64,000 nt of DNA, taken from assembly GCA_002633005.1 (NCBI GenBank), contig NMRA01000238.1, forward strand, positions 124,001 to 188,000, in the 5' to 3' direction. Shown here in pieces: positions 1-13,700 of this stretch (position 1 is its first letter; each line of letters opens with the position of its first letter). The translations under genes and the position numbers were made by a program. The notes under the pieces were generated by a model that saw only the letters and a program-made list of their open reading frames with translations, was not told where the DNA came from and did not search any database. Source of the stretch: Phoronis australis. Taxonomy: Eukaryota; Animalia; Phoronida.

Positions 1-770
1 CCACAAGGGGGCACAACGGTAATCAGATAAATAGAAATTTTAAAAAAGATTCTGCCTGAGGTTTAGAGGATACAACCGCAGAGGAGAAAAAAATACTACC
101 AGCACTTGCTACAATAGTCGGATGTGTCCAAAAATCAGGTGTGCTTTTCCCAGTAGGAATGCATGCCAATTTTCATAACGATCTTTAGAGTGGCTTGTCA
201 GATCAAGACACAAAAAATAAGAAAAATGGCCACTAAGTTGTGTACAAAAAGTTAGATGTACCCCAAAATAGGAAACTGTCATTGCCTTTTTAATAGGGAC
301 AGATTTGACAAATTTCATGAAAATCCATCAAGTAACTGCAAAGATGCAGAAAATGTAAAAAATAAAATTGCCACTTGGGGGCGCAGTGGTAGTTGGATCC
401 ATCCAACAATGTTCCTGCAAGGGGTTCACAAGATACAGCCACTGACGAAAAAAATGCCACAAGGAGGCACAACAGTTAATGGAGCCATAAGAAAATCACT
501 ATAGCCATCCTCTTCCCCATAGGAGCACACACAATTTCCATAATCATGCTTTAAATGGATTAGCAGAATATGTCAAATCCATCTAAAAATGATGTGTCAT
601 CTCCTCAATAGAAATGTAATTTTGCCTAATTTTAATGAAAATTCTTTAAGGAACTCCGAAGACATACCTCTGCGCCAAATATGTATGCTAAAATTGCCAC
701 TAAGGGCACGCCTGTAGTTGATTTCATCAAAATTCGAACATGTTGACCTAATCATGATAAAAAATGTCAT
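1..770 (+). mobile_element. Decayed Helentron/DINE-like (HINE-type) interspersed repeat with internal tandem subunits, partial
   Basis: Recurrent aaa(a/t)tgccactagggggc and aaatttcatgaaaatcc motifs shared with copies at ~7.6-8.5, 11.6-12.3 and 33.1-34.3 kb. The class assignment is inference. Confidence 0.55.
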
Positions 771-1250
771 CAAAACTTCATAAACAACCATCTAGGGGTT
801 TTGGACATACAGCAAGGGACGTTAGAGGGACAGGAATGACGGCATAATGCACCAATACACATATACATATTGATGTAGGTGCATAAAAACATAGACTTTG
901 TAAATTGGATAAAAATACAGTAATACCACAAGGCACATGGTTGAAAAGACAAAAATACAGTTTTTAAATATTCCACGTGACCCATTACATACTTTGAAAT
1001 TTCAGAGTTACCTACATGTCTAGTACTACGATCAACAGCCTAAGATGGGCTCAAAAGCTAGGCTCCCAAGGAAAACTAGGCCGCGGAAAGGTTATTATCA
1101 TTTCAATGTCTAATTGATTAATAAATACAAAATGACGTGTCAATGCCAGTTCTCCACGAGGTTAATCATTATAAAATTGAACATTTGTTAGAAGGAACAT
1201 TTTTGTAATATGCAAATTACACAAATACAGCACAAAGCTAACAACCTTAC

Positions 1251-1721
1251 CTTCTGGCTCTTTCTTCACTTCCGGTTTCTTTGGTTCAACCTTTTTCGGT
1301 TCATCCTTCTTCGGCTCAACCTTTTTCGGTTCGTCCTTTTTCGGCTCAACCTTTTTCGGTTCGTCCTTTTTCGGCTCGTCCTTTTTCGGCTCAACCTTTT
1401 TCGGTTCGTCCTTCTTCGGCTCAACCTTTTTCGGCTCATCCTTTTTCAGTTCATCCTTTTTCGGTTCATCCTTTTTCACTGACTTCAAACCAAATCTATT
1501 CAACTTGGGGTCAGGTTCTTCCTCTTTCTTCTCCAACTTTTTCTTCATATCTTCTGGTTTTGGCTTGTCTTCGAGCTTCTTTGGTGCTGTTTGCTTTGGT
1601 TCGACCTTGACCTCTTCAATTTTCTCTGGTTCGATGGGGGCAGGCGTGGTCTCAGCTGGAGTTGTTTTCTTCGCTTGAATCTTGTCTTCATCTTTAGGCT
1701 TATTTGTTAATGCTGGGGCTA
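1251..1721 (-). CDS. unc-22: PEVK-like Pro/Glu/Val/Lys/Asp-rich linker exon
   Basis: ttttcctgcag acceptor, G|gtaagg donor, 471 nt, phase 1-1. Open frame VAPALTNKPKDED...KKEPE. Confidence 0.88.
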
Positions 1722-4700
1722 CTGCAGGAAAAAGAGAAAAGAAATGTTATTAAATGAAAGTGACACTCAAACTATCAAACATTGGAAAACAAGTCATATG
1801 TAGTTCACTGAAGCAAAATAAACAAATGACAAAAAGTGACCTCAGTTTTCAAATTTACTTGATAAAAAATAAAATATAAGAAGGTGGGTATGTGACAGAC
1901 TGCAGCTTTAAATAAGAGACATTGCTGAAACAACCCACCCATAATTTATTTACAAATGAATTTCAGAATTTGCACGTATTTGTAAAATGAGGTTAATTTT
2001 TTCAATTGTGCGTATGTTTTCCGAAATTTGACAAGTACAAGCCAATGCACGGAACAAAATACATTAAATTTCAGGTCTTCGTTTATTTTCCAACACTTCG
2101 CCAAGGGCCCACTTGCAGATTGCCGGTGACAAGTTCAGCTGAAACCTTAAGTATGACTTCAAGCTTTTATTACTTCACTTGACGGATACCAAACCGGGTT
2201 TTGGCCTATCAACACATACTAAAAAAGACTTTCCCACCCAGTTCTTTGAAACAACATAAGGTTCTGTAACCATTGACAATCCTCAAACATTCGGCGGAAA
2301 ATTTGAAAACTCCTTTCAAAGTCTACATAACGGGCAAGTGTGACCTACGCATTACCGAATTACACAACTGTGGGAAAAGACCAACAACCAAGTACCATAA
2401 TGTCAAGTCTGTGACAAAGTGAACATGAATTGTTAGTTGATTCTTGCCTTAAACTTGGAAGATTGACACCAATGACACTGTCAGGTGACAGAATGAAGAC
2501 TGTTGGAAATCATCAAGACAGGGTTTAGTATCATTATAATAAACCCAACTTTAAACTCCACCATTTTATGTTTTTGGACAAACTAGTTTGCAATTTTGAG
2601 CTTTTTCCACACATAGGCACCAAAGCAGAAATTTAACATTTTTTGTAAAGGTAAAGTTACTAAGATCACCAAGGTCTCTGTGCAATCATAAATATTTTGT
2701 CCAATCAGAATTGACCCAGGGAAAATCCCTTTCATTACTGCTGACCAATCATAGCTTCAAATATTTCACGATGTCAAACAGAAATCAAACATGATGATTA
2801 AATATATTTGTGAACTTAGCACCAACATAAAACAAACCACGATAAGTTCTTACCTTTGACAGTGACCTCTGCACTACATATTACCTCTCCAAAATCATTG
2901 GCAGCTTCGACTGAGTATTTGCCAGTGTCTTCAGGGAATACTTCAGGAATACTTAGTCTACAAAAACACAAGGTGTATACAACACTATGGCACTGAGTGG
3001 CACCAAAAATATCTGTTAACTATAGCTTTGAATTAACAAAAATCTTTCTACTTAAAATCCAACTTGAAATTACTTTTTACATTTTCCAATTGTACTTTGG
3101 TGCAAATTCCAGATAAGTGTCTATGATTCCATGTTCGAATACATTATGGTTTATGTTGATATAAGTTTCTGGTCAAAGTTCTCACTTGATAACCTCAGCT
3201 TTATAGTCATAAATTCGAGTCCGAACTTGAAATCTCTACCTTAAATTTGAAATCTCAAGTTTTTGCTAGTTTGTAGCTCAAAATTTGGGGTCATCAAGTG
3301 CAAACTTGAAACACAATCTCACCAGCATGAACCACGATGTACTCGAGCAGTGAATAAAAGACATGACTTATCTGGAGTTTGCACAAAAGTTGAACGGAAA
3401 ATGTCACAATAAATTTTGAGTTCGATTTCAAGTACAAATAGTAGATTCCAGACCCTGGATGACTGATTGCTGACCTTGCCACGCCATTTGTAAATGTCTG
3501 CTTGAAGTCACCGGATGGTTTGATAATTTTGTCGTTCTTGAACCACGCAATGTCTATCGGAGCTGTGCCCTTGACCTTGGCCATGAGCTCAAGGGGCTCC
3601 CCATCGTTGACGGTCTGTTAGTAGAAATGGAAATAACAAAAGATAACTGATGTGAAGTATTATATTGCCAGTGTAATTTTTAGTTGTTTATATTTTCTGT
3701 TGCCTGAGCACGTTTTGTCGCATCCCCTAGGTTTTCAGTTTAAAATAAAAATGGTGGAAACCACATGGACTTCTCTTGTTATGAACAATGACATTAATTT
3801 GAGAAAAGTTAAATGATCAGAGTTTGCTCAAGCTTGAAAACATGTTGTGAATGAAAAAAGTGCAGTCAATTCACTTCACTGTTCTCATTTACATTTTAAA
3901 TAGTGACTTTCTCTTACACTTACCACAGTACACTGTACTCACTGAGGAACTCACTGCCAGTTTAGGCAGCCATCAAACAATACAACACTACAAAACATTG
4001 AATTGATGAGACCCATTTTGAAATTGACTTTCAGCAACTAGTGTCGGCTAAGGTTGAGTATTTGCAGGAAAGTGGTGATTTTGGTTTGAAGACTCAATGT
4101 TGCATTTTTGGAAGCCAGGTTTTCGTTTCACAAGAAGTAAAAATAAGAGACAGGTCATCCCTACTTTGTGACTTAGAGAGGGAACACAGGAAAGTCAGGT
4201 TTATACAGTATATGCAGCTGTGCACAGACCTTTGGAGACAATTTCTGTGTGAACGACGGTTCTTCTCCGTCAGGTTCCACAGGTTCCGGTGCTGCAGCTC
4301 TCTTTATCTCCTCCAGATTCACGGATATATTGGCAACAGCCTCGCCACCTGGTGTCTTCACGATGCTTCTATAGGCGCCCGAATCCTTGTTGGAAATGTC
4401 ATCTATTTCCAGAATTAACAAGTAACCGTCGTTGTCACGAGCGATATCGATAAAGTAACGACCTCCATCCTGCAATTGTTTGGAGCCAAACCACCAGATG
4501 CATGAGGGTTTGGATACACACAGAGCCTTCAACTCCATTATGAGGCGCTTGCCATCTTCCAGGCGGATGCTAGGTTTACCATCGATTCTAGGAGCTGCTT
4601 CAGCCGGCCTTGAAAAGATGATAACATCAAACTGGTGAAAACACGTCAGGAAATGTAACGGTTTCTGCACCACTCCAAATATATTGATCACGTCAGACCA

Positions 4701-7700
4701 ATGAAGATAGCCCAGAGATTCCCAAACATATTGCTGACGAACCACTCAACGTCAATGGCAAGCAAAGCAACAGGAGTAAAAGAGGCATACTAACTAAACT
4801 GTAAATATGGCTCCCTAAAGCACTTATTTGTTTTCTTGTGTTCATTTGGCCAAAAACAAGAATTATCGATCAAATTGTTTGCAAGGGAAGCAGCTCATAC
4901 TTTCAATTTTATAACTTCTTGCTCCATTAAGTAAATTCTTTATTGAACTGAGCATTCTGACTAGGTCGCAGTTTCTTTGTCACACAAGATATTATTTGAT
5001 GGCATACACTTCACAAAACTTTTGAACTGAAATGACTTGAAAAATTGAAGAAGTTTGATGCATACATAATCTAATCACAAAGGCCACTTTATTGGCATAT
5101 TCTCCAAAATAAATACTGAAGAAATTGGCATGAAGCTTCCATTTTGGTGTGACCTCTTGGCAAAATCTCTTAACTGTTTTATTGAGGTATATGGCCTCAC
5201 AGATACGTACATCATCTGCTCCAAGTTAAGTGTGATGTTGGCTGTTCCTTCACCAAGGTCATTCTTGGCCACAATTTTGTATACGCCGCCATCATCGATA
5301 GTAAAATTCTGGAAGTATATGAACAGAGATTTGCCTGAAGCAATGACAATGCACATAGCTGATTTTTGAAATAGCTGCGCCATATTGAAACTCGCTATCC
5401 TGGCAGACACCAATCATGTCTTTGGTGGACAGGCGTTCAGCGCCACCTACAGATCCCAAGTAATGTGGCAGAGAGGTTTCAACCTACTGGTATAAACAGC
5501 GTTTTAACACCTTTGCTGCAATCATAATGCCGGTAAATTTCTACTGCTGTGCATCAGGGTGTACAATGCCTTCTGAGAAAAGGCAACCTTTTGAAATATC
5601 AATGGATGAACAAGGACATCACGTTCCATAAATCTCTCAAGAATCTGCACCCATGACAGTGGCTGCAGCTGATAAAGCGGAAGAATTTCGACTCCAGCTG
5701 GTGTCAAAAAAATAAATTAGTGAACTTAAACTCATCAAACAATGGGAGGGGATGACAGTAGAACTTATCCCTGTATTTTTAAATCAACAAACCACTGTGT
5801 AGCAATTGAATTTCTGTCCATGAAGTCAAGATCAAGCTGAAGTCTCTTTCATGTTCTCATTACTCTAGAGTGCACCAATATCAAAAGTCCCTTTTTCCAA
5901 AACAAGGCACATGTCCCGCCAGTTAACAAATTTCACAAAGTAACAAGCAAGCAAACAAACTAGAAAAGTTCAGCACAGAGCAACAAATTAAGCTGACAGA
6001 ATGCAACTCTGAGTGAATTGACAAAGTGAAACTAAATCCACAAAATGTCGTCTGCTTTCTAGTTAAAGCACTGCTTCATGTTATATTAATAGTATTTAGT
6101 AACCAGCCTTTGCAACAACAAGCTGCTATACTGAATGAAACCTAGGTACTACAGATCCATTACAACTTTAAATTACATACTGAGATCACAAGAGTTAAAA
6201 TCCATGAATCGCCATCCGGTTTCATTGATATCTTGTAACGTCCACCATCTTTGATAGACGTGTTACCAAAGTACCACATGACATTGGGTTTAGGTGTGCC
6301 CGTACACCGACTCTCCATAATAATGTTCTTGCCCGTCTGGTCTTGTCGAACATTCGGCTTCTCCTTAAACGATGGGGCAACACCCTGAGGCTTGGGAGGT
6401 GTCTTGCCGCCTGAAGTGAAAAATGATGGTACTGTGAAGACTGCACACATAGTTTACTGAAATTTTACAGACTTTAACAATAACCAAAGAATAAGTATTT
6501 TATATTTTCTATCAAAATGAAAGGAATTTTTTTATCTTTTGAAGTGACATGCTCATATTTGAGATCAGCTTCAAGTCAGATTTGAACCCATAACCTCAAT
6601 GGACGCAGTTTGACACTTTGTTGGAAGAGCTAAAAGCCAATGTGGCAAGGTGCCAAGTATTTTAAGCGTATTTAATTGATCAGGTTATTGGCCTTGATTT
6701 CAGTTTACTCTACAAAAAGACTCGAAGCAAATGTCAGGTATGGGCAATTTCTATTTTAGATATTAACAAAAACACAAGAGGTCAATACTACCCAACAATA
6801 AAACCAAATCCACTTGTTTCAGCTTTAAAACTGATTATGACCCTTAAAGTATACATCACTGGTTTTAGTACTTTGAGATCTAATACTCTCTCTGAATTGG
6901 GTGATATTTTTGTTATTTAATGTAATTTAAGCTCCGAAGATACAGAGGATAATTTTAAAAAAACATTGTGACACTGACAAAGCAATACACACTTGGAATA
7001 GTTTCATTTTGCAAAGTAACTAATACACTAACTTACTTCACCACAGTACAGCACACTATACCATTGTAACCATGACAACAAGGGAAACTCCACCTGCCTG
7101 ACAAACCTACTTGGCAGGAAGAACTGCACTGCTTACCCTGAAGATTGAGAGCGATGTTGGCATTCCCTTCTCCTAGTTCATTGCGGGCATGGCACTTGTA
7201 CTGTCCACCATCTGTCAACTGAGGTTCCTATAATGGCCAACACAAACACACACTTTACATCGTGATGTGCGACATGGAAGATAACCAAGTGAACACTACG
7301 CTCAAGTCACTGAAAGGATTTCAATTTTGTAAATGTCGCGTACTTCTACCACCACCTTTTCTCTTGTTATTATTCCTACACGAAAATGTCACCAACTTCG
7401 GACTAAAAATAAACGACATTTTCATTTAGAAAGGCTTGAATCTTACATTGTTGTGAAAGCCTACAATTTCTCAAATTATTTTCTAATAGTAAGCATTACA
7501 TAACGAGAGAAACACAAAGCTTGTGTACCCATGACAGCACCATAAATTGTGGACTTATAGGAATGTTTATTAGTATCTTAAAGATAGCCATTAGCTGGCG
7601 CAGTATATGTTGAGCCCCTTCGAAAATCCAGGGAAGGTTCCAGTTGTCTCACTCATAGAAACCTATTAATCAAAATTCAAGAAAATCAATTCAGGAACTA

Positions 7701-10700
7701 GATGGCACACCTGTAGTCTGAATTGCCCATATGAAGTCGTTGTCACGTTCATAAAAGTAAACTTGCCGAATTTCTCAAAGATCCCAAGTACAGGGCTTTA
7801 AAAGATACAGCCGCATACACAAAAAATTGAAACTAAGAGGTAACAAAAATTAGAAAATTATAAAAATGGCTACTAGGTGGCACAGGCTACGTCGAATCTG
7901 TCCAAAAATGGAAAAGTGTTGGTGCGTGTAAAATGGAAACCTAATTGCCAAAATTCCTGAACATTCATCAAGGAACTCTGAAATTCCTGAACATTCATCA
8001 AGGAACTCTGAAGACACACACTGGCAAATACAAAAAAATAATATTGTCATTAGGGAGCACAGCAGTTGTCAGTTCCATTCAAAACTCATTCACAGCTGTG
8101 GTCTTCTTAGCAGGAACACATCTGTCAATTTTCAAAGCAAACCTTTGAGCAGTTTGGCAGATAGAGAGGCGGATGCAAAAACAACCCAAAAAATGATAAA
8201 AACAGCCACTAGGTGGTGCAGAATATGTCGAGTTCACTAAAAATGGAAAGCATTGTTGTTTTCTCAATAGAAACCTCTGTGTCCAAAAATTCCTAGTCAT
8301 TTGCTGTTGCGTATTAGAAAATAATTGTCAAAGTTCATGATGATACGTTGCCTACAATTCTCAAGAAGTCTGGTATTTTTAAAATTTATTTTGCATCCTG
8401 ATAAGGTTTCAGGAAATACAGCTAGTGTGTACACTGGTCAAACAGATGGACGACGGACAGAGATGATGGAGAGGCAAAACACACCCACGTGTGAATAACA
8501 AGATTTACCCGTTCATATATTATGAAGAACATAACCATACTTCTTATGATATAAATGGTCAAAATAGAATCTCAAAAATGGAGCTATCGTTTTGAAATTA
8601 TCCAATCATTTTCTTTGTTTTAAGTATGTTTTGTGGTTATGTATAAAGGTTCTAAATACACCTAATAGTACTTAATGCAAAAGTTGAGCATTTCGGAGCC
8701 ATGTATAAAAGAACTATCTGAAAGTTTCATTTAAATCCCATAATCTATTTCTGAGATACAACGTTCCGAACTTAGCCACAATTGGACATTTCTCTCAATT
8801 TACAACCACTACACATTGGCATTTCAGTTTGTATCTATAGATACAATGAAATAACAGCACATGTGCCAACATGGTCTGCTATGCCCAATCTCACCTTTAT
8901 CTGTAGAGTGAGCAGGTAGGTGTCACCACCTTGGGCTTGTTGACTGATTGTGATCCGTCCGCCATCAGTGATACTATCGCCATCTTTGGACCATGCGATC
9001 TGTGGTGCTGGATGAGCCTCCACCATGCATGACATAATGAGTGCATTGTTCTCTTGTCTGATGGACGGCTTTGCCTTGAAACTGGGAGGCTTGCCGCCAG
9101 GTATTCTAAAACAAAATGAACATAATACATGACTGAGCACTCCAAATAAAGCACCTAACCTATTTACAGAGAGAGACATCACAGAACATAAACTTAAGCT
9201 ACTTGGTTGAAAATTTTCCTATTCCATTTGACATTACGTAAAATCTTACCTGAGTATGCATTCCATTGTGCATACTCAGTCCAGTGTATATGATCACTTT
9301 CAAGAGTTAGAATATCATGTCTTGACTTTGTGAATCACCGTGCAGACTGTTCGTTTTTAATTTTTCTATAGTCTGGGGAAAGTAAACAGACCGGAGTCGG
9401 GATTGTCCAACAAAAAACGACACATGCATAAACAATGGCCCATCGCCTGCTTTCTACTGAAGTAAAAGCTGAACAGGAAATCAGACGCCATTTAGAACAT
9501 GCTTTACACCTACGTTTCTGTTCTCATCTAAATAAATATAAAAGGCCAAGGCTCAAACACCACATACAAATTTTAATTGTTTTGGTGAGCTAATTTACCA
9601 GTTGGCAATTTTGCCAGGTCACATAAGGTGAGTTGACAAGCTAGCCTTGCTTATTCACATCTATTTCTCATTATGTGCTCAATTGATAAACATAGGCATA
9701 TCTTGCACCCTAATGACAAAATGTTTGACTATGTAACAGCTTAATGTATAAACCTAGACACACCAGTAATGTGCAGTATTCATTTCTGACACCAGACTGT
9801 TGCACCAAAAAACCAATCGAGGAATACTGCATTAATAAACCAGCACTTGATTTGGCAACCTGCAGGTCGCCAATGCGACCTCAGACTGTCTTTGACGACC
9901 TGGGAAAAATTCCAAGTCGCCACGAAGTTGCCACTGCGAGTAGCACAGTCAGACAATAATTCCCTCTAAATTCGTTTTAAAGTTCGTGTTAACTTCCAAA
10001 CCTTAAATTACTAACAGTTTTTCTAGATTCTCAATTATTGCGTTGATTTCGTAAAATCACGCATTTGCCATCACGCTTAAATTACAACAGGAAGTAAATA
10101 GACAGAAGTCTGAATTGTTTGGTAAAAATGCACGACCAGCGAAATTCGCGCTACCAGTCAATTTGGTCGTATGCGTTCTATTTTTATTCACAAGCGAGAG
10201 GACTTGAGTTAGAAAATGAAGGTATGTCTACACTTAGGCATTTAAGGGGAAAATCGGAGGAGTGGGTGGCGCTACGGTTATTCCGACTTTTTTTGGTTGA
10301 CGAACTTTTATATGCCCAATAGGAAACCTTGGAAATGATTTGGACGCCTGAAATTTTCAGTTTTGGCTTAACCTCAGGTTTCGTTTGGCAACCTCAGATT
10401 TCCTTTGGTGACTTCAGATTTTGTTTGGCGACCTGGGATTTTTGCTAGGTCGCCAAATGCAACGTGGCATTTAGCGTCAAGCGCTGCAAACTGTATAATC
10501 CAAGTATAATAATTCTCAATACACCAGATACAACTACCATGAAACCACAACAACTTCGATGCCAAAATTGATTTGCCAAGGTCTTCACGCAATAATGTCA
10601 CAAAGTCAAAGCTTATAATAAATAATATAGAACTTATAAATGGTATTTAAAGCATAAATTTCATGCTACTTGTCTTCTATGAAAAGTATGTGTCCTAAAT

Positions 10701-13700
10701 TGCTACCAACTTGAACATAATTTTGTAACAATCGCGCAGTTCTCTTGTCACTAGCATTTCTGGATACACATCTGTACAAAAAATTGTTGATGACTTTCAA
10801 TTCTTGCAACCAGACATATTTTGATTCTAGCCCCCTACCACAAACCATCTGTAATCCTATGACCGAGTACAACTGAAAAATGGCAAAATGTGGGGGAATG
10901 CCATCATAATTCCAAGGCAAATGACTTTGTTAGCCAACTGGCAAGTTGAGCTCCCTTCAACTTTATTGCATCAAAAGAAATTGCATAAGCAGTAAGTCAC
11001 ACCAAGGCCAATGACCAACTGTGCCAGGGTGAGGTAAGAGGATGTGACACTTGAGTCTATACCCTGTAGCAAAACATGTGGCCAGCCAAATAATATCATT
11101 CTCAGCCAGCAAACAAACTGAACAGTCTTGTAAGCTCTGCAGCTTCCAACATACACGCTGTCTAGAATTTCACTTCGGCTGTACCTTCACCAAGTTTGGA
11201 TATGATGACATATACCAAAGGTATTCCCTCTCTCACACACACACCACACGCACAGACACAAACCACAGAGCAAAACAGCATCAGACTAGTTTTAACTTGG
11301 CTGCGCTCACCATTGAAGGTGTGATGTTGATGGCAGATGCACTTACACACACACTAATTCCAGACTCTTGTTTATTGAAGGAAAAACATCATGAAAATCT
11401 ACGGCAGTTGATTGGCTGACGAACAATTAGCAAACCACTGCTGGAAATGTGACTTCAAAGCCTCTGACAAGAGAATGCAGGGCACTGAAATATGTCCATG
11501 TAAAGGCATAAGGGCTGGATTTTTCCAAATGTCTGGGCAACAGTTGCTCCCACAAGAAAATCAACATCAGTTAATATGCTGCCTTAAGAGACATTTCATG
11601 AAGATCCTCTAAGACATAAGTAAATAACAACAACAATGTACTCCTTAAAGACGCCAGAGTAGTCAAATCTGTCCTAAAATCAACAGCAGGCATGTTCTCC
11701 TCAATATGCCAAACTTCATGAAGATCCATCAAAACACTTGACAGACATTAGTAATGTTCCCATGAATTTCACAATCCAGAAAGGCATTATTGACCTAGGC
11801 ATGAAAAAACAAATTGACACTAAGGGGTGTCAGAGAAGACGGATATGTCTGAAAAATCAACACCTTTCAGGCTTTGGTCACAAATTGATACTCAAACATA
11901 AACCAATAAGAACTTGGTACACATTGAGGCAGACAGAGACAAAAATTAAAATTACCACTAGGTGGCACACCGATATTCGGATCCATAACTGCAAAATTTC
12001 TCGAACCTCCATCTGCGGGTTTTGGATATATACCAGCATATGCCGGACATACGTACGTACGTACAGTGGTGACAATATGTACATGCGAATGCATAATAAT
12101 AATAATAATAATAATAAAAATTGCCATTAGGGCACACAGCAGTATTCGGACACTTCTGAAACTCATTGCCATTAGTCATCAGCTTTTTAGAAACACACCT
12201 GTCAAATTTCAGGAACATCTTGCACCTGTCCACATAACAGTTTGTGCATTTTCCACAAATGTTTTTTGAACATAGCACAAGTTTTCAATGCTTGACCTCT
12301 GTTTTTCCAGGACAATCATAATGGCACAAAAAATAAGCACGAAAGATTGTTCTGTGCAAGAATATAGATGTGACATACTTCATAACTTCTGCATATTAAC
12401 AGGAAACATCAACTGAGTGAATCTTAAAGTAGTGATTACATAGGAATTACTTGACTTCAATAGGGACCACCAACTGAGAGCATCTTCAAGTGGAAAAGGA
12501 TTGAGATTTCAAGTGATCTGAAAATCTCTCTGCCTCCTGCTAATCACGAGGGCTGGGAAATCCGCTAAGAAGAAGCACTTTGGGTAAACAGTTTTCCCAA
12601 TTTGTATCGCACTGAATATTCTGTGTAAATGTTTTAGAACTGAAAATGTCTCTGACGTCAGACGAGAAGTAAACGCACAATGAAGCAGGTAGTAACAAAC
12701 AATTTTCCAACAAAAAATAACTTGTGCTGGCAAAAAGTACACTTGTTAAAATAACAAGAATTTGTACCAATGTGGGAGAATTGCATGAAAAAGTAAAATT
12801 TTGGTAAGTGTCAGTATATAAGTTGATATAGAGCCATTGGAAAGAATCTATGTCGAACTTTTTAAAAGCAAGACACCTAGTAGCCAGTCCTTATCAAAAT
12901 GGTCAGTAAATAACCAGCAACACTTTTTATCAGAAACTTGATGTCCACTTTGTAGCTTACAAGGGTTATTTTACACAAAGCTACGGTATTATATCATTAC
13001 ATCTATTATGTAACCCATGAAATTAAGACGGTATTTCGGTGAGATTTTACTTATCCATTACATTCTGGGAAAGATATGTTTTGAAAAGCATCATTTGGTG
13101 AAATCAAATCAAAATTAATGGTTGCATGAGTTGTCACAAAACACACTCAACGCGCATGTGTAAACTTATTGAGAGAAAGTCGTGAATACTCACAGTTTTG
13201 CACAAGTTAGCATGATGGAGGTATGCCCTCACTGAGCACTTTATATTGAGGTTATTTAAACATTGTGATACAAGTTGGATGACATTGAATCACAATTAAA
13301 TGTCTAATATTTCATAAAAGCTTTTAAAAAGAATTGAAACAGCGTTACCAGGGGAATGATTATTTACTTAGCAACAAAGACCGCTGGTCATCTGTCCAAT
13401 TAATCAAATGTTAAAGAATTTACCTCAGTCATCACAACACATTTGCACCTTATTTTAAGGGAATTTTGTATTTTATTGCCAAGTCCATATGGAATGCACA
13501 TTGGTTTGTTTGCAGTGCTGTTATGATAAACGATATTTGATTACTCAGAAAGAAATGATCAGCAGGTCAAAAATAACACAAAAGTCTGTAAAAACTCAAT
13601 GATAACAAACAGCAAAGCCAGTTGTGTGCCAATTTCAACAGAAATCAATAGGGTTCCTCTACAAGTAATCGCTTTCCAGTTATTCTGTGGAAATGTATGC

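Noticed and set aside
1210-1610. Plus-strand repetitive ORFs (LFRFV and QPFSV repeats)
   Set aside because: They are antisense shadows of the KK(D/V)EP coding repeat.
3918-3990. Strong donor GTG|gtaagt suggesting an extra small exon
   Set aside because: Nearby acceptors give an immediate stop or a 3-residue insertion inside Ig7, and the flanking exons already join in frame.
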